Below, piece by piece: positions 21,914 through 33,284 of a stretch of 64,000 nt of DNA (position 1 is its first letter; the number at the start of each line of letters is the position of its first letter). The stretch covers positions 2,304,001-2,368,000 of the forward strand of contig OZ219791.1 of assembly GCA_964291215.2 (NCBI GenBank), written 5' to 3'. The DNA is from Alphaproteobacteria bacterium. GTDB taxonomy: Bacteria; Pseudomonadota; Alphaproteobacteria; MPNO01; UBA830. Below the pieces are notes generated by a model. The model saw only the letters and a program-made list of their open reading frames with translations, made no database searches and was not told where the DNA came from. A program made the translations under genes and the position numbers.

Positions 21914-23140
21914 ATGACGGGCAACCACTGCCACCAGCGTATTCTCATCTACAGCCATGACAGCTTCGGGCTCGGCCATCTGAGGCGGTGTCGGGCGATC
22001 GCCCATGCGTTGGTCGACAGGAATCCCGAGATGTCGGTCATCATCCTGTCGGGTTCGCCGATCATCGGCAATTTCGATTTCCGGCGCCAGGTGGATTTCG
22101 TCCGCGTGCCTGGCGTGATCAAGTTGCGCAACGGCGACTATACGTCGCACAGCCTCACGCTTGATGTCGAGGAAACGCTGGCCTTGCGCGCCTCGATTAT
22201 CCACCACACGGCGGAGGTCTTCGCCCCGGACGTGTTCATCGTCGACAAGGAGCCGCTGGGGCTGCGCGGGGAAGTCGGGGACACGCTCAAAATGCTGCAT
22301 GCGCGGGGCACGCCGCTGGTGCTTGGGCTGCGCGACGTGCTGGACGAGCCGGCGCTGCTGGCACCGGAATGGGAACGCAAGAACGTTATGCCGGCGCTGA
22401 CCGATCTCTATGACGAGATCTGGGTGTACGGGCTGCCGCAGATCTGCGACCCGCTGGCCGAGATCCCGATACCGCAGGTGGTCAGGCGCAAGATGGTGTT
22501 TACTGGCTATCTCAGGCGCGAGGCCGCGCGCGGTGATCTCGCCCGCGGACACATGGCGCCATTCGACAAGCCCTACCTGCTCGTCACGCCGGGCGGCGGC
22601 GGCGACGGCGAGGTGCTGGTTGACTGGGTGCTGCGCGCCTACGAGTTCGATCGCCGGGCCCCGCATCCGGCATTGCTGGTCTTCGGTCCGTTCATGCAGC
22701 AGGACAAGCAGAGCCAGTTTGCAAGGCGTGTGGAGGCGCTGCCGCAGGTCGAGGCGATCACCTTCGACGCCAATATCGAGCCCCTGATCGAAGGTGCCGC
22801 CGGGATTGTGGCGATGGGCGGCTACAACACGTTCTGCGAGATCCTGACGTTCGACAAGCCGGCGCTGGTGGTGCCGCGCACGGTGCCGCGCAAGGAGCAG
22901 CTGATCAGGGCCGGGCGGGCGCAGGAACTCGGGCTGTTGAGCATGCTCATCGGCGACGGGATCCGCGATCCGTCGGCCATGGCCACCGCGCTCCGCCATC
23001 TTCCCCAGCAGACGCGGCCGTCGGATGTCGTCGTGCCCGGACTCCTTGACGGGCTTGCCAGCGTCAACCGGCTGGCGTCGCGCCTGATAGCAGGTCGCAG
23101 CCTGCCGCGCGTCGCGATCGCAGGCCGGGCCGGCGCATGA
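21914..23140 (+). CDS. GT-B glycosyltransferase (GT28-C-like)
   Basis: YSHDSFGLGHLRR, GGGGDG, MGGYNT and VPR...EQ. Confidence 0.85.
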   Translation: MTGNHCHQRILIYSHDSFGLGHLRRCRAIAHALVDRNPEMSVIILSGSPIIGNFDFRRQVDFVRVPGVIKLRNGDYTSHSLTLDVEETLALRASIIHHTAEVFAPDVFIVDKEPLGLRGEVGDTLKMLHARGTPLVLGLRDVLDEPALLAPEWERKNVMPALTDLYDEIWVYGLPQICDPLAEIPIPQVVRRKMVFTGYLRREAARGDLARGHMAPFDKPYLLVTPGGGGDGEVLVDWVLRAYEFDRRAPHPALLVFGPFMQQDKQSQFARRVEALPQVEAITFDANIEPLIEGAAGIVAMGGYNTFCEILTFDKPALVVPRTVPRKEQLIRAGRAQELGLLSMLIGDGIRDPSAMATALRHLPQQTRPSDVVVPGLLDGLASVNRLASRLIAGRSLPRVAIAGRAGA

Positions 23141-24396
23141 CGGCCGGCGGCGGGACGGTGGCGGTCGTCCTCAAGGGGTATCCGCGGCTTTCGGAAACCT
23201 TCATCGCCCAGGAGCTCTGCGGTCTCGAACAGCGCGACCTCGCGCTGCGGATCTTTTCGCTGCGCCACCCGACGGAAACGCGCCGGCATCCGGTTCACGA
23301 CGAAATCGCGGCGCCGGCGTCCTATCTTCCGGAATATCTCCATCAGGAGATCGGTCGGGTGTGGCGGGCATGGCGTGCCGTGCGCCGGCTTCCGGGCTAT
23401 GCCGCCGCACGGCGCGCCTGGCTCCGCGATCTGGGGCGCGACCGCACGCCCAACCGCATCCGCCGGTTCGGTCAGGCCATGGTCATGGCACACGAACTGC
23501 CCGGAGATGTTCGCCATATCCATGCCCATTTCCTCCATACACCGGCCTCGGTGGCGCGCTACGCCGCGATGCTCTCGGGAAGATCGTGGAGCATCTCGGC
23601 CCATGCGAAGGACATCTGGACCACCCCGGAATGGGAGAAGCGTGAGAAACTCGCTGCCTGCGCCTGGGCTGTGACCTGTTCGCGGCATGCCCGGGACCAT
23701 CTCGCGGCGCTGGCGCCGTCGCCCGGTACCGTCGAGCTGGTCTATCACGGTCTCAGCGCCCGCCGGTTTCCGCCGGTGCCGGCGATACGTCCGGCGCGCG
23801 ATGGTGGCGATGCGGCCGATCCCTTACGCATCCTGTGCGTCGGGCGCGCAGTCGAGAAGAAGGGGCTCGACATACTGCTCGACGCTCTTGCCGACCTCCC
23901 CGGCGAGCTTGACTGGCGCTTCTTCCATGTCGGCGGCGGCGAGCTCCTCGGGACGCTGCGCCGCCGCGCCCGCAGGCTCGGGATCGACCGCCGCGTCGTC
24001 TGGCACGGCTCGCTGCCCCATGACGAGGTCGTGGAACAGTACCGCGGCGCCGACCTCTTCGTCCTTGCGAGCCGGATTGCCCGGGATGGTGATCGCGACG
24101 GCCTGCCGAACGTCCTGATGGAGGCACAGATGACGGGCCTCGCCTGCATCGCCACCGGGGTTTCAGCTATTCCTGAACTGATCGAACACGGACAGACGGG
24201 AATTCTCGTGCCTCCCGGCGATCATCGGATCCTGGCCGAGGCCATCGTGCGCCTTGCCTCCGACCCCGATCTGCGGGCGCGCCTCGGTGCGGCCGGCGCG
24301 GCGCGCGTCCGCCGCGACTTCTCCTTCGATGCCGGAATCGATCTGTTGGCGGCACGGCTCGGGGCACCCCAGCCGGCTGCGCGGTCCGCCGCCTGA
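23137..24396 (+). CDS. Glycosyltransferase family 4
   Basis: KGYPRLSETFI, VGRAVEKKG and DGLPNVLMEA. Confidence 0.9.
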   Translation: MTAGGGTVAVVLKGYPRLSETFIAQELCGLEQRDLALRIFSLRHPTETRRHPVHDEIAAPASYLPEYLHQEIGRVWRAWRAVRRLPGYAAARRAWLRDLGRDRTPNRIRRFGQAMVMAHELPGDVRHIHAHFLHTPASVARYAAMLSGRSWSISAHAKDIWTTPEWEKREKLAACAWAVTCSRHARDHLAALAPSPGTVELVYHGLSARRFPPVPAIRPARDGGDAADPLRILCVGRAVEKKGLDILLDALADLPGELDWRFFHVGGGELLGTLRRRARRLGIDRRVVWHGSLPHDEVVEQYRGADLFVLASRIARDGDRDGLPNVLMEAQMTGLACIATGVSAIPELIEHGQTGILVPPGDHRILAEAIVRLASDPDLRARLGAAGAARVRRDFSFDAGIDLLAARLGAPQPAARSAA

Positions 24397-24470
24397 AGGG
24401 GTTCGGACTCGATGCCCCTGGTCCTGCGCGTAATCCGGAGCGTCGGCCTGTCCCGTGCTGTCCGGAGCGC

Positions 24471-25634
24471 GTGATCGTGCGTGTTGCGTTCTATGCGCCG
24501 ATGAAATCCGCAACCTCGCCGGTGCCGTCGGGTGACCGCCAGATGGCGCGCAACCTCGTGCGGGCGCTGGAGATCGCGGGCCATCAGGTGCAGGTGCCGA
24601 GTCGTTTCGTCAGCCGCGACGGCGCCGGCGACAGTCTCAGGCAGGAGCGGCTGGCAGGCCTCGGCACCGCGCTTGCCGACCGGCTGGTCCGTCGCTGGGA
24701 TGGCGGAGGCGATGTGCCGCAGGCCTGGTTCACCTACCACGTGTATCACAAGTCGCCGGACTGGCTCGGGCCGCGCATCCGTTCGCGGCTCGGGATACCG
24801 TATGTCATTGCCGAGGCCTCCCATGCACCGAAGCAGGCTGGCGGCAGATGGGCGATCGGATATCGCGGTGCGGAGATGGCGATCCGCGCGGCAGATGCCG
24901 TCATCGGCCTGTCGTCCAACGATGCCGCATGCGTACTGCCGCTCCTGTCGCAGCCGGATCGCTACCACCGGCTTCCCCCCTTCACTGATGTCCGGCCGTT
25001 TTCCGCGGCGGCCGCAACCGGGCGTGCCCGGGGCGCCGGCCCTGCGACGGCACCGGTGGTGCTTGCGGTCGCGATGATGCGCCGCGGCGACAAGCTCGCG
25101 AGCTACCGTCAACTTGCCGCGGCGATGCAACGACTTGTCGATCTGCCCTGGACGATGCTTATCGTGGGCGACGGGCCCGCCCGTGGAGAGGTGAAAGCGG
25201 CCTTCGACGGACTTCCGCCGGATCGCGTGCGATGGGCGGGAGCCGTTCCGGGCAGCGACCTGGCGGACATTTGCGCTTGCGCAGACCTCATGGTCTGGCC
25301 GGCGGTCAACGAAGCCTACGGCATGGCGCTTCTCGAGGCGCAGTCAGCAGGGCTTCCAGTGATTGCTGGCCGCAGCGGCGGCGTCGCGGACATCGTTTGC
25401 GATGGCGAAACCGGGCTTCTGACGGAGCCGGGAAATGTTGCCGCCCTCTCCGGTGCTGCCAAGACCCTTCTCCTGGATGCCGGCCTGCGCCGGCATATGT
25501 CCGGCGCTGCTCTCAGGAAAACGCAGACCGAACACGATCTTGGCGCGGCGGCGCGCCTGCTCGGCTCCGTTCTCGACGGGTGCCGCGGCGCCGCCCTCCG
25601 GCATGGCGCTTGCCAGGAAGGGGAAACCCCTTGA
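24471..25634 (+). CDS. Glycosyltransferase family 4
   Basis: PSGDRQMA and EAYGMALLEAQSAGLPV. Confidence 0.88.
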   Translation: MIVRVAFYAPMKSATSPVPSGDRQMARNLVRALEIAGHQVQVPSRFVSRDGAGDSLRQERLAGLGTALADRLVRRWDGGGDVPQAWFTYHVYHKSPDWLGPRIRSRLGIPYVIAEASHAPKQAGGRWAIGYRGAEMAIRAADAVIGLSSNDAACVLPLLSQPDRYHRLPPFTDVRPFSAAAATGRARGAGPATAPVVLAVAMMRRGDKLASYRQLAAAMQRLVDLPWTMLIVGDGPARGEVKAAFDGLPPDRVRWAGAVPGSDLADICACADLMVWPAVNEAYGMALLEAQSAGLPVIAGRSGGVADIVCDGETGLLTEPGNVAALSGAAKTLLLDAGLRRHMSGAALRKTQTEHDLGAAARLLGSVLDGCRGAALRHGACQEGETP

Positions 25635-25662
25635 ACGGTTGCCGGTCAGGCGGGTGGATGGG

Positions 25663-26259
25663 ATGATCCGTCTCGCTCTCATTCGCCACGGCCCCACCGA
25701 CTGGAATGCCGAACGGCGCCTGCAGGGACGGGCGGACCGGCTGCTGTCCGACGAGGGCCGGACCCGGGTCGCGGGCTGGCGGATCCCCGAGGCGTATCTG
25801 GAATTCGAGTGGATCGCGAGCCCGCTGTCGCGGGCCCGCGAAACCGCCCAAATCCTCGGGCTTCCCGTGACCGGAACGGAGGACGCCATCATCGAAATGG
25901 ACTGGGGCGACTGGGAGGGCCATACGCGCCCGGAACTCGATGCGCGCTACGGGGCCGAGGTCGCGAGGCGGACGGCGCGGGGTCTTGATCTTCGGCCGCA
26001 CAACGGAGAAAGCCCGCGCGACGTGCGTGACCGCTTCGCCACCTGGGCCTGCGCCGCCGCCGGCGCGGGCCGGCCCGTCGGCGCGGTGTGCCACCAGGGA
26101 ATCATCCGGGCCGCCTTGTCGCTCGCGACCGGCTGGAACATGATCGGCAAGCCTCCAGTCCGCATGGGCTGGGACAGCCTTCATCTCTTCGAGGCCGATG
26201 CCGCGGGACACTTCGCGATCATCGAGATGAACATCGATCTGAAGGATTCGGCCGCATGA
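25663..26259 (+). CDS. Histidine phosphatase family protein
   Basis: LIRHGPT, SPLSRARETA and VCHQG. Confidence 0.88.
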   Translation: MIRLALIRHGPTDWNAERRLQGRADRLLSDEGRTRVAGWRIPEAYLEFEWIASPLSRARETAQILGLPVTGTEDAIIEMDWGDWEGHTRPELDARYGAEVARRTARGLDLRPHNGESPRDVRDRFATWACAAAGAGRPVGAVCHQGIIRAALSLATGWNMIGKPPVRMGWDSLHLFEADAAGHFAIIEMNIDLKDSAA

Positions 26260-27401
26260 CCGGCCGGCCCGCGGTTCTGTTCTGGGTGCAGCACCTGCTC
26301 GGCGTTGGCCATCTCCGCCGGGCGGCAGTGCTCGCGCGCGCCTTTCGCCGCGCCGGCATGGAGGTCACCGTGGTGTCGGGCGGTATGCCGGAGCCCGGAA
26401 TCGACCTCGACGGCGGAACCCTGGTCCAGCTTCCGCCCGTGCGCGCCGGCGACAGATATTTCAAGACGCTGGTCGACCGCGGCGGGACGGTTATTGACGA
26501 GCGTTTCCGCCAGCGCCGCATCGCGCTCCTGCTCGATGCCTGGTGCGCCGCGGCGCCCGATATCATCATCACCGAACTGTTTCCTTTTGGGCGCAGGCAA
26601 CTCCGGAACGAGGTTCTGGCGCTACTCGATGCTGCGCGCGCTCATGGGACGCGGCCGCTGATCGTCTCTTCGGTCCGCGACATCTTGGTCGAGCCGCCCA
26701 AACCCGAAAGATCGGAGGAGATGCTGGACTGGACCAGGCGGCTCTATGACAGGGTCCTGGTCCACGGCGACCCCGATCTTATCGCGTTCGACGAGACCTT
26801 TTCACTTGCCGCCGGTATAACCGACCGTGTCTCTTATACCGGCTATGTCGTCGAAATGCCGACCCGCCGGCCGGGCGGGCCGGGCACGGGAGAGGTTGTT
26901 GTGTCGGCCGGCGGAGGAGCGGTGAGCGAGGAACTGTTCCGTGCCGCTCTTGTCGCCCGCCCGCACACCTGCCTTGGAGAACATGTGTGGCGGCTGCTGG
27001 TCGGCCATGCGCTTGCCGACGACACGCTGGCCGAGCTTGCGGCGATTGCCGGTGATGGCGTCATCGTCGAGCGTGCGCGGACGGATTTCACGTCGCTGCT
27101 GGCCAACTGCACGCTGTCGATAAGCCAGGGCGGGTACAACACGGTCATCGAACTTGCGGCCGCGCGGGCCCGCGCGGTGATCGTTCCCTATGCCGGAGGC
27201 CTCGAAACCGAGCAGACATTGCGTGCTCGGGTCCTCGAAACCCGCACCGCGATCCGCAGCGTTTCGGAGAGCGAGCTCGGCCCTGAAACCCTTGCTGCCG
27301 CGATCGATGCCGCGATGGAAGGGCCAATGCCGGAGCTGCCCGATATCCGCATGGACGGTGCCGGAACCAGCGCCCGCCTGCTTCGCGAATGGTTGTCGTG
27401 A
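26256..27401 (+). CDS. GT-B glycosyltransferase (GT28-C-like)
   Basis: VQHLLGVGHLRR, SAGGGAV, SQGGYNT and ETEQTLRA. Confidence 0.85.
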   Translation: MTGRPAVLFWVQHLLGVGHLRRAAVLARAFRRAGMEVTVVSGGMPEPGIDLDGGTLVQLPPVRAGDRYFKTLVDRGGTVIDERFRQRRIALLLDAWCAAAPDIIITELFPFGRRQLRNEVLALLDAARAHGTRPLIVSSVRDILVEPPKPERSEEMLDWTRRLYDRVLVHGDPDLIAFDETFSLAAGITDRVSYTGYVVEMPTRRPGGPGTGEVVVSAGGGAVSEELFRAALVARPHTCLGEHVWRLLVGHALADDTLAELAAIAGDGVIVERARTDFTSLLANCTLSISQGGYNTVIELAAARARAVIVPYAGGLETEQTLRARVLETRTAIRSVSESELGPETLAAAIDAAMEGPMPELPDIRMDGAGTSARLLREWLS

Positions 27402-28168
27402 CCGGTCCGTGGCGGCGAGTCGAGGAGGAGTTGGGCGCCTGGACGGCGGCGGGCCGTGTTGCCGAATTCTGGTGGCGGGACGATGATGCCGCCGCGGCCA
27501 CGCCGGCATTTCTGCGTCTGCTCGACACGTGCCGCCGAACCGGCGCGCCGCTTGCGGTCGCGGCGGTGCCGGGGCTGGCGACGCCCGATCTTGCCGCTGC
27601 CGTCGAGGATCGAGACGATATCTGTTTCCTTCAGCACGGCTATCTGCATGTCAATCACGCGGCGCCCGGCGAAAAGAAGGCCGAGCTGGGACCGGCGCGC
27701 GAACTGGCGCAGGCCTGCCGGGAACTGCAGGCTGGCCGGGATCGTATGGCGGGGATGTTTGGCGGACGCTGGGTCGCCGATGTCCTGGTCCCGCCATGGA
27801 ACCGGATCGGCGGCCAGGTCGCCGCGGCGCTGCCGGAACTCGGCTTCAGCCGGCTTAGCCTGTTCGGCCCACGCAAGCCGGAGACCGAACTCGCCGGGGT
27901 AGTTTGCGTCAACACGCATGTCGATATTGTCGACTGGCGGGGTGGCGGCGGTTTTGTCGGCGACGAGGCGGCCACGACCGCCGTTGCCGGATGCCTCGCC
28001 GCCATTCGGGCGGGCGGAGTCGGGCCGGCTGAGGCCGTCGGAATGCTGACGCATCACGCGGTTCACGATGACCGGTGCTGGGACTTTGTCAGCCGTCTCG
28101 CCGACGTGATCTCAAGCCATCCGTCCGCGCGTTGGCGCTGCATCGCCGATCTTCAGGCAACAGACTGA
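27398..28168 (+). CDS. Polysaccharide deacetylase-like protein
   Basis: WWRDDDA, QHGYLH, VPPWNRI and LTHH. Confidence 0.8.
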   Translation: MTGPWRRVEEELGAWTAAGRVAEFWWRDDDAAAATPAFLRLLDTCRRTGAPLAVAAVPGLATPDLAAAVEDRDDICFLQHGYLHVNHAAPGEKKAELGPARELAQACRELQAGRDRMAGMFGGRWVADVLVPPWNRIGGQVAAALPELGFSRLSLFGPRKPETELAGVVCVNTHVDIVDWRGGGGFVGDEAATTAVAGCLAAIRAGGVGPAEAVGMLTHHAVHDDRCWDFVSRLADVISSHPSARWRCIADLQATD

Positions 28169-28360
28169 GCGGCGGCATGTGCCGGTGTCGCCGCCCGGGA
28201 CGGCCTGTGCTACATTGCCGCCCTGCGCAAGCCCGGTCCTTGCCTGGAATCACCGGGCAATGCCGGATTCCTCCGAATTGCCGCAGCGAAATGCCCGATC
28301 GGGGCTGCGGGGCCACGGACCGAGCGGGAATTCCGGCCTGCGTGCGCAAGGATGACCCCG

Positions 28361-29388
28361 ATGACTGAACGATTTCTCAGGAATTGCTGGTATGTCGCGG
28401 CGCTTGATCACGAAGTGGCGTGCATGCGGACCCTGCGGCAATTCATCCTCAATGAGCCCGTCGTGTTCTTTCGGACGACGGAGGGGCGCCGGTGACGCTC
28501 GAGAATCTCTGCTGCCATCGCCAGGTGCCGTTGTCCAAGGGCATCGTGTGAAGGGCGACGACATCGAGTGCCCGTATCACGGATGCGCTACGGGCCGAAC
28601 GGCAGGTGCGTGAGGGTTCCCGGCCAGGAAGCGATTCCGGACGGAGCGCGCGTGCGATCCTATCCGGTGATCGAACGCTACAAGTGGATCTGGATGGACG
28701 ATCCCGAACGGGCCGATTCCGGCCTGATCGAGGACTTCCACTGGCGCGACGACCCCGGCTGGCAGTCGAAGGGTGAATTGCTGTCGTTGAAGGCCAACTA
28801 CAGGCTGCTTGTGGAAAATCTTTGCGACCTGACCCATGTTCCCTTTGTCCATCCGACATCGCTCAACGAGACGATGATCGATAGCAGTGACGGGGCTCCG
28901 GTAAAGACCGCGCGTGAGGGGCGGGCGGTAAGGGTCGACCGATGGGAATTCGACGTGCCGGCGCCGTCTTGTTTTCGTGCCATGGCTGGCATGTCGCGCG
29001 AGGATCGCGTCGACCGCCGGCTCAATCTTGTGTACACCCCACCATCCTTCGTCCGCCTTGATATCGGCGCAGCGCCGGCAGGATGGCGAGCTGCGGATGG
29101 TGACCGGTCATCATATCCGACGACGCGGAATCTCAACGCGATCACGCCGGAAACCGCTACGAGCACGCACTATTTCTGGGCAAACGCCATCAACTTCAGT
29201 CTCGAGGATGCCTTGCTGATGGAAATCGATTTCAGGATGGTGCATTCCTTGAAGACATCGACATCATCGAGGCGCAGCAGCAGAACATGGAGACTGGATC
29301 CTGGACGCGCCTGAACATTTCCGGCGATGCCGGCGGCGTTCAGGCGATACGCATCCTTGATGAGGCGATCGCGGCCGAACAGGGGTAG
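28361..29388 (+). pseudogene. Rieske aromatic-ring oxygenase/demethylase (VanA-like), multiply frameshifted
   Basis: MTERFLRNCWYVAA start, Rieske ligands CCHRQ...ECPYHG split over frames, ENLCDLTHVPFVH and ITPETATSTHYFW. Several small deletions. Confidence 0.88.
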
Positions 29389-29598
29389 GCGAAGGGCACC
29401 GGCAATGGTCCCCGGCGCCTCCGCCGTGCTTCCGCAGTACGCGGTTTCGCGCTGCGTCCGGCGCGGCTGCCGGCTCGTCCCGCCCGGGCGGGCGGCACTG
29501 ATCAGGGCCGATACGCGCCATGGTCCGGAAAGAGTGGCCCCGGCTGCCGCATCCGGGGTGCCGATCCTTACTGTTCCAGGCGAATGGCCACGTTCGAC

Positions 29599-30123
29599 AT
29601 GACGGTATACAGGCATGACTTCCGTTCCCTCGGAGAAGATTATCTCCGGGCCGGACTCGGCCTCGCGCTGACCTTGGGTCCGCTCGTTCTCGTACCGGTC
29701 GACGCTGTGCTGGGGTGGATGTTCGGCGCCGTTGCTGCCCTCATGGCGATTCACGGGCTGCGGACGATCTGGCGGCACCTTGCGGCGATCGAATGCGGTG
29801 ACGACATCCTTGCCCTCCGGGCACCCGTGACGCGGCGCCTTGCATGGTCGGATCTCGGTGGACTGCGGCTGCGCTATTTCAGCACGCGGCGTGACCGTGA
29901 CCGTGGATGGATGCAGCTGATCCTGAAGGGCAGCGGTGTCGCACTTCGCATCGATTCGACCCTGCCTGGATTCGAGGAGATTGTACGGCGGGCGGCGGCC
30001 GCGGCCGTGGCGGCAGGCCTGCCGCTCTCCAGTGCAACTCGCCGGAATCTGGAGAGCCTGGGCCTGTCCGCAGACAGCGGCGGCGGCGATGCGGATCCGA
30101 TGGGGGAACGCGCCGACTGCTGA
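29599..30123 (+). CDS. Hypothetical membrane protein
   Basis: Two TM helices then LRLRYFSTRRDR..GWMQL; intact ORF. Confidence 0.7.
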   Translation: MTVYRHDFRSLGEDYLRAGLGLALTLGPLVLVPVDAVLGWMFGAVAALMAIHGLRTIWRHLAAIECGDDILALRAPVTRRLAWSDLGGLRLRYFSTRRDRDRGWMQLILKGSGVALRIDSTLPGFEEIVRRAAAAAVAAGLPLSSATRRNLESLGLSADSGGGDADPMGERADC

Positions 30124-30543
30124 GCCGTGGGCGCTGGGCCGAAGTTGTCTGTGCCCAAGTTGGCACTTTTTGCGGCCTGAAATTTTTATCACGTTGCGTG
30201 ATTTTTTGTCGGCCGATTTGAACATGGCACTACATTCTGTTGAATTTTGTCAGCTTGCGAGTCGGCTCCTCGTGCGGCGGGTTCGACACCAGCCGCCGAG
30301 GAGATTTCGGCGACCTCGGCGGTGCGTGTCCTGTCGGTTGACGATCAATGTGCGCAGGCGCGTGGTGACCCTGGTTCCGCATGCTCTCGCGGATTGATGT
30401 CCGGCACTTGTCGATGCCCCGCGCGGGGATCAGATGCACCGCGGCGAGCACGGCGATCAACAGGTGGGCGGCGATGCGCTGGCCGGGCGCAATCCGGGCT
30501 CGGATTTCAATGAACGGAAGGTGGCCTCGATATCCGTGTCCCG

Positions 30544-31969
30544 AGCATCCATGTTTCCTGGCAAGGTTTTTGCGGGTGTCTGCGGTGATGTTTTCTGTGG
30601 TTGTCCACAAGCGGTGTGGGATTTGCCCTGCGATCGAGGCGACATGAAGCTTGTGGTCCCGGCGGCGGGTTGCCGTCCATTGGTCACGTGAACGCGGCTA
30701 CCTTGCCGCCCCCGGGCACGTGACCGTCCGGGTTCCAGGTGTCCCAAGGCGGTTCGATCTCCTCGATGTCGGCCTCGACGATGATCTGCAGACATTCTCC
30801 CCAAGTCGTGTCGTAGTAGGGAGACTGTCGATACAGTCCCGATCGCGCTCTCGGCAGGGGTGAGGGCCGTGTCTCCTTCGCTCACTCACCGGTGCTTCGG
30901 TCGACCAGCAACGCTGCTGTCGCAGCAAGGTGTTCGCCAGAGCTTGCGCATCACGGCGACAATGGCGACTTTGTGGGCCTTGCCGGCGGTCTTGTGGCGT
31001 TCGAACACCAGATCCGCGTTGAAGCGTGCTGCCGAGGTCGCGGCCATGAACAGGAGATCACGTGGCCTCCGGCGCCCGCCTCGGATATGCCGAGCACCGT
31101 GGCCACTGTCGTTGGCCATCGGCGCCACCCCGATCAAGGCTGCCGCCTGACGACGCTGCCGAGTTCGGGCATCCAACAAAGAAGGGCTGCGGCGGTCACT
31201 GGACCGGGGATCGAGGTCAGGGTACCTCTGCTCGGGATCACCGGCGATCACCGCTTTGATCGCCGCGCCGGCAATGCGGTCATCGAGATCGGCCGCCGAA
31301 GCCCTTGTGACGGTCTCGCCATCCACCTCATCTGCCACTTGCCTCAACTTGGTCCGCACGTCGACAAGCGCGGCGCGCGATACTAGGAGATCCCCCAGGC
31401 AGTTGAGGAAGGCTTCCTGAGGAGCCACAGGCTCGAGATCGCACCGTGCCGATCTTGGCGTCAACGCGGTTGGCCAGATGGCCCAAAGCCCCGGCGAAGC
31501 CCTCAACGGGCAGGACAACCTCGAAGCCCCGGTCATGAAGACACTGGTGAACCTTGCGGTGATAGCGGCCTGTCGCCCACCACACGGGTTACCTCGAGGC
31601 TGCGAAGCCACGTGCCCGTGGCGTCGTTCGTAAAACGACGCCCCAGATGTCCAGACTGGCTGACCCCTGCTACTACCTTAACCATCGTTCCTCGCCTTAT
31701 GATGATACGGTTCAAACCCAAGCATCCATTCAGGACGCAAGGGACGCCAAAGGAGGTTGCCACGCTCGGGAACGGCTCTATAAAGCCAAGGACGGAACGG
31801 CAACCTCCGCGGAGATCGTTTGATCCCCGCTCCCCTGTACGTTCTCACACAGGGGAGCGGAATCTCTTTGCAACCATAGCTCTCCCATAGTCGAGGTTAT
31901 CCACATTTTCCCGCCCCCAACTGCTGTGGATGATTTCATCATCAAGGGGACAAAACCTGGTCATATAAG
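30544..31969 (-). mobile_element. IS110-family (bridge recombinase) element, copy A
   Basis: Near-identical to 50177-51526 and 52347-53769. Bounded by CT cores with no TIR. Recombinase pseudogene at about 30684-31685. Confidence 0.88.
31686..31869 (-). ncRNA. Predicted IS110 bridge RNA, copy A
   Basis: Same hairpin, target loop and donor loop as copy C, with a 7-bp deletion in the closing stem of the donor loop. Confidence 0.75.
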
Positions 31970-33284
31970 GACGGTCTCCCGGTCGCTGGTGCGCAGGCGC
32001 CCGCGTTGTCTTGTCGTCTGTGGCTGAAGGCCGTTGCCCGGCCTTCTCGACAGTGATCTCGTAGTGCCGGGCGACGGTAGAGAAGCGCTGCTTGAGACCG
32101 CTCTCCGGCACCTTGTCGTGGCGCCGGCCTTTGGCCGAGAGGTGGAGCTTTGCCGCCTCGAAGCCCTGCGGCTAGGAATGGCGTCCTCGGCCCTCTTCCT
32201 GCTCTCCACGCCGCGCCATCCTCGCTGGCAAGGCGCCTGCATCTCGTGGTTGGTGATCAGCCTTGGGCTCACCCTCGGGCGGCCTGGCGCCACAGCTGAC
32301 CGCGATCCAGCCGTGCTCGCCACGCGATGTTCGCCTCGGTGCCGGCGTCCATGACTACCGTCGGCTTCGCCGCCCGCCTCCAGCCTCGACAGCGCATCCG
32401 TGCCCGGTCACGTTGCCCCGCAAGACCTCGCAACTGCGCGGAAAGCCCGCGCCGCGCAAGCGTGGGGCAATCATTGCGCTTCTGCTTCGAGCGCCCGAAG
32501 CGGAGAAGCTTGCCGTCGGCGCGGCCGTGAACATTGGTGAGATCGTAAAAGGCGATGGTGTCGGGGATGCAGCGCGCGCTCGCGGTTGAACAGCTCCTGG
32601 CGGCCCGGTGACGCAGGTCGCCGATGCGGTACAACGACTTGCGCGCCTTGCGCTCCAGATCCGGAAGCTCCGCGGTCGCGCTGTCATGGCGCAGCCAGCG
32701 CTCGCTGGCGGATCATCCTGGCGACGATCAGCGCACTCGCGATGCTGAGGTCGTGAAGCCGAGATCGTGCCTCGAGGCACAGGCAGCCGACCGAGCGCGG
32801 GTTCTCGAGGCTGTCGAGGTTGACGGTCGCAATTTGCGTGCGTCTTCCTCCGGAGCGTCGGCGCGGAACCTCCGGGCCCCTGTTGACGATGTCCTGCGGC
32901 CTGCACGCGGCTTCGAACAGCGGCCGTGGAGCAGCGCTTCGGCGGCAACCTCCTTCCAGTTCTTGCGCGCCACCGGACAGTCGGTGCCGAGGCAGGGTGC
33001 GCTGCCTGACCTTGTCGCCGATGCGCTGAGAAAGCACGAGCCGGTGGACGGGTTTGCCGTCTGCGGTGCTGCGGGTTTTGGTTGCCCTGATGAACATGTT
33101 GTCTGGAGCCTTTTGTATTGACGAGGCTCCGGATATACCGGGTTTGGCGGCGGGGTCGAGCGAATCGGCAACATTCTGGCACTACAGTGGCCATCCTAGG
33201 CAGGGAATCGCAAATACCGTGGGGAACCGGAAAATATACCCCAACATATGGTGTCTCTGACGGGGTGCCGCATAAATTTCGCCT

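Noticed and set aside
30544-31969. Group II intron or retroelement explanation for the structured repeat
   Set aside because: No RT motifs, GUGYG start or domain V; the ORF remnants and CT-core ends are IS110-like.
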